61,788 bases of DNA from Cyanobacteriota bacterium (GTDB taxonomy: Bacteria; Cyanobacteriota; Vampirovibrionia; LMEP-6097), in contig JAQCFG010000002.1 of assembly GCA_027618255.1 (NCBI GenBank), positions 1-61,788 of the forward strand, in the 5' to 3' direction. Both the position numbers and the translations under genes were made by a program. Shown here one piece after another: positions 58,673-61,788 of the stretch. The notes beneath the pieces are model-generated. The model was not told the DNA's origin and ran no database searches. It worked only from the letters and a program-made list of their open reading frames with translations. Each line of letters starts with the position of its first letter. Position 1 is the first letter of the stretch.

Positions 58673-59962
58673 ATGACTAACGAACGCAGAGTAGTAATCA
58701 CAGGAATCGGACCAGTAACCCCAGTGGGTATTGGGCTTGAGGATTTTTGGTCAAGCCTCAAAGCAGGCAAGTCTGGTATCACTGAGCTTAGCCCTGAAAG
58801 AATGGAGGGCTATGATTGCCCGGTCACTATTGGCGGTGAAATCAAGAACTTCAATGTCGCTGATTATTATGACGACCGTAAAATCCTTCGTAGTTTAACA
58901 AAGGACATGGATCCGGTATCACAATTTGCAGTAATTGCTTCTAAGTATGCAATCGAAGATTCAGGAATTGATTTTGATAAATTAGCTGACTACGGAACAG
59001 ACAGAACCAAGGTCGCTACTTTTGTTGGTACCGGTATTGGTGGAATCTCAACGACTTGTAATGACACCATGATTTTGAATAACCGCGGACTCAAAGCACT
59101 AGGTCTTAGATCTATTATTCGTTTGATGCCTAACGCAGCTTCAGGTCATATTGGGATCATGTGGGGTTTGCAAGGCAGAGCCAAGTCTGATTCTACTGCT
59201 TGCGCATCTGGACTGGATAGTATGATGGATGCTTTTTGGTATATCAAAAACGGCTTAGCTGACATTATGGTGACTGGCGGAAGTGAGGCTTGTCTTAACC
59301 CATTAGCAATTTCTTCTTTTTATAATATGACGGCACTTTCTCGCCGCCAGACGACAGCCGCTGAAGCGAGCTGCCCGTTTGACGCACGTCGTGATGGTTT
59401 TGTAATGTCAGAGGGCGCGATGATTTTCACTCTTGAGGAGTTATCAATAGCCAAGAAACGTGGCGCCAAGATTTACGCTGAGCTAGTTGGCGTTGGTGCA
59501 AGTTGTGATGCGTATCACATTACTGCACCAGCTGAAGACGGTAGCGGCGGAGCTAGAGCAATTGAGATGGCATTAGACTCAGCTGGATTATCTGATAAGC
59601 GCGAATGCATAGATTATATTCACGCTCATGGAACTAGCACGCCGCTCAATGACGCTCGCGAAACCCTCGCAATCAAAAAAGTCTTTGGCGACCACGCCTA
59701 CAAACTTGCAGTAAGTTCAACCAAGTCAATGACGGGTCATATGATCGGTGCAGCTGGACCTACAGGGCTTGCAGCTGCTGCACTTGCTTGCCGCGATGAT
59801 ATTATCGCGCCAACAATCAACTACCAGCAAGCAGATCCAGCCTGTGATCTTGACTATGTACCTAACGTCGCCAGAGAGCGTGAGGTGAACTACGCAATAG
59901 TGCAGGCACTTGGTTTTGGTGGACATAATACCGTGGCGATCGTAAAGAAATTCGCAGACTAA
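58673..59962 (+). CDS. fabF: beta-ketoacyl-ACP synthase II
   Basis: Active-site DSTACASG, HAHGTSTPLND, SSTKSMTGHMIGAAG. Confidence 0.95.
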   Translation: MTNERRVVITGIGPVTPVGIGLEDFWSSLKAGKSGITELSPERMEGYDCPVTIGGEIKNFNVADYYDDRKILRSLTKDMDPVSQFAVIASKYAIEDSGIDFDKLADYGTDRTKVATFVGTGIGGISTTCNDTMILNNRGLKALGLRSIIRLMPNAASGHIGIMWGLQGRAKSDSTACASGLDSMMDAFWYIKNGLADIMVTGGSEACLNPLAISSFYNMTALSRRQTTAAEASCPFDARRDGFVMSEGAMIFTLEELSIAKKRGAKIYAELVGVGASCDAYHITAPAEDGSGGARAIEMALDSAGLSDKRECIDYIHAHGTSTPLNDARETLAIKKVFGDHAYKLAVSSTKSMTGHMIGAAGPTGLAAAALACRDDIIAPTINYQQADPACDLDYVPNVAREREVNYAIVQALGFGGHNTVAIVKKFAD

Positions 59963-60543
59963 TTAGCTATACAAAATCTAACCAACTCTTCGGCGTCATC
60001 CCCAATCTCTTGCTCTCTAGCAAGGCTCAACTTCTTATCAATATCAATTGCAGAAAATCCTAAGTTACTGAGGATGGAATTTACGTCTTCTGCCGAATCA
60101 TAATTATTATCGTTATCAAGAATTTCTGACCTTTTCACATTTGACAATTTGGTTTTTAATTCTAAGATAATTCGCTTGGCACTCTTTTGCCCAACTCCAG
60201 GTGCAACACAAAGTAGTTCATGTTTCTCGCGCAGCACTGCAGAGATAATCTCCTCAACATTTAGCACGTTTAATATATTTAAAGCAGCTTTCGGGCCCAC
60301 GCCACTCACACTAATCAAGCATTCAAACAACTCTTTTTCTGCACGACTAATAAAGCCCCAAAGCCTGATGCCATCCTCTTTTGACTGAGTATGAATTTGC
60401 ACAGAGAGTTTCTGTCCCTTAGTAACTTGTCCAAGTGTTTTTGTGTTAGAAAAAATCAAATAACCAATATTATTTACTTCAAGAATCAAGCTTGAGTTGT
60501 TGTAATTCCGCTCAGTGACTATTCCGTTTAGGTATGCAAACAT
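59959..60543 (-). CDS. ruvA: Holliday junction branch migration complex subunit RuvA
   Basis: MFAYLNGIV start, HhH motifs LISVSGVGPKAAL and LCVAPGVGQKSAKRII. Confidence 0.9.
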   Translation of the reverse strand: MFAYLNGIVTERNYNNSSLILEVNNIGYLIFSNTKTLGQVTKGQKLSVQIHTQSKEDGIRLWGFISRAEKELFECLISVSGVGPKAALNILNVLNVEEIISAVLREKHELLCVAPGVGQKSAKRIILELKTKLSNVKRSEILDNDNNYDSAEDVNSILSNLGFSAIDIDKKLSLAREQEIGDDAEELVRFCIAN

Positions 60544-60828
60544 GTCATTTATTATATAGCCAAAATTAATATTCTTTAATCACATAGCTGGAACTTTTTA
60601 TACAATCTTGCAAGTGCTCACCAGTAGCCAATTCTAATTCGTAATTACAACTCAAGCAATTAAAACAAGAAAATAATGATTTTAAAAATTTGTTAAAAGC
60701 AGTTGACCCAACGCCAGAAATCTGGGACTATAGTTCCTGTATACACGGGGTCCAATCCCTTGGCCTCTGTGTTATGAGAATTTTATATGGAATATAGGGT
60801 GAACAAACGAAATAAAAAAGGAGAAACA

Positions 60829-61788
60829 ATGAGTCTAAGAAAAATTATTTCTTTACTCTTACTCGTATCCTTCGTTTTTACAACGGTCAGTCCAGCATTC
60901 GCGACGACGACTGTTAATCAAAACGGAGTTACATTGCCGACCTTGGCTGAAGACACTGGAACAGTATCTTTGGAAGGTTCAAATATAGATGTTGTCCCAC
61001 TAAAGCTTGAAATTAGAGCTGGTATTGGCGAAATCACTTTCGGTGCTGATGGTGGAGCAATTAATGAACTCCAAGGTGCTGGTAACCAATTGAGAAATGG
61101 TCAAACTTTCATTACAGATGGTAATGGTAAGTTATTCCTAAACAATGGTGACACCATCACTGACCTGAACGAAGTTCAGAGAGTTGCAGGTTTTGCTGCA
61201 CCTACTGGAATGAAGTTCGTTAAACTTACTTCAGCTGGCTATGATGATGCTGCAATGGTCAATGGTGATGTTTTTGCTGGTGCATCTAACGGTTCTGATC
61301 TTTTAAGAAACGTAACAATTAATACTGGAAATTCTCTACCTAGCGGTGGAGCTAACGGTCAAATTATTGTTGCAACTGTTCTTGACCAACAAGCAAGTAC
61401 TGATATTTTTGGTGCTAACGCTTCAAGCCTTCCAGCTGGTAGTTTGGTTCTTAACTTCTTAACTGCTCTTAACGCTGGTGAGTCAATAACAGACAACTCA
61501 ATCATCGTTAACATTGACGGCGTAGGGCTTGCAAGTGATGGTACTGGAGTTCTTGCTGAAACAGGTAATGTCGCTGCTAAGTACATTAAGCCAATTGGTA
61601 CGCATGGTGATGAAGCGCTTACAGGCTTCACTTCTGGATTAACGCAAGATGCTGCTGGTAACCCTATGAACATCGCTACACTTGGACCAAGTGGAGATAA
61701 GTTAGAAGCAATTCTTGTTGGTACTAAGACTGGTAATGATGGTGGTACTGTTGTTACTGAGACTGATGCCAAATCTAATAGTTTATTA
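60829..61788 (+). CDS. secreted Gly/Asn/Thr/Ala-rich protein, N-terminal 320 aa (runs off window end); absent from ORF track
   Basis: AAGGAG 5 nt before ATG 60829; signal peptide MSLRKIISLLLLVSFVFTTVSPAFA; 320 codons with no stop, checked by hand. Confidence 0.75.
   Translation, partial: MSLRKIISLLLLVSFVFTTVSPAFATTTVNQNGVTLPTLAEDTGTVSLEGSNIDVVPLKLEIRAGIGEITFGADGGAINELQGAGNQLRNGQTFITDGNGKLFLNNGDTITDLNEVQRVAGFAAPTGMKFVKLTSAGYDDAAMVNGDVFAGASNGSDLLRNVTINTGNSLPSGGANGQIIVATVLDQQASTDIFGANASSLPAGSLVLNFLTALNAGESITDNSIIVNIDGVGLASDGTGVLAETGNVAAKYIKPIGTHGDEALTGFTSGLTQDAAGNPMNIATLGPSGDKLEAILVGTKTGNDGGTVVTETDAKSNSLL

Noticed and set aside
60700-60760. TTGACC ... TATAGT promoter-like hexamers upstream of the secreted-protein gene
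   Set aside because: The spacer is 20 nt to TATAGT, and 17 nt only to a poor GACTAT. This is not good enough to call as a feature.
61359-61772. 137-aa minus-strand ORF
   Set aside because: It lies antisense to the much longer signal-peptide-bearing plus-strand frame 60829-61788.

Overview
AT-rich, gene-dense bacterial chromosomal segment with about 58 protein genes and one tRNA-Gly. It has no rRNA, no CRISPR array and no transposase or integrase. All product calls come from motif recognition by eye; no database search was possible.

Most genes are scattered housekeeping functions: the 3' end of korB, an intein-containing dnaB, prfA, acnA, pth, a stand-alone nuoD/ndhH-type gene, glmU, thiL, coaD, rpsA, pilC, hisF, murE, fabF and ruvA. 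There is also an envelope-glycan block:
- an LCP protein
- three GT2 glycosyltransferases
- UDP-galactopyranose mutase
- two sulfotransferase-like proteins
- a Gfo/Idh/MocA oxidoreductase

Other content includes a class II Fic protein, an orphan SPPY DNA methyltransferase, one intact and one degenerate arginase-fold protein, and several ORFans. Gene content (isolated ndhH-like gene, DnaB intein, scattered his gene, PilC) weakly suggests a cyanobacteria-related lineage. That is inference only.

The signal the gene list does not explain is a dense network of short (24-160 bp) structured repeats, roughly 3 percent of the window.
1. A modular family of elements with TAGAC...GTCTA ends has hairpin arms that co-vary between subfamilies.
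2. One full copy sits in frame inside murE.
3. Several copies supply the stop codon or the C-terminal tail of genes.
4. Two ~155-bp composite copies lie inverted 45.5 kb apart.
5. Three further families (B, C, D) behave similarly.
6. GC-rich palindromes with a CCCGGG/CCCCGGGG core occupy intergenic regions, including a 119-bp near-perfect palindrome that fills the acnA divergent promoter region.

No novel multi-gene protein system could be supported from sequence alone.
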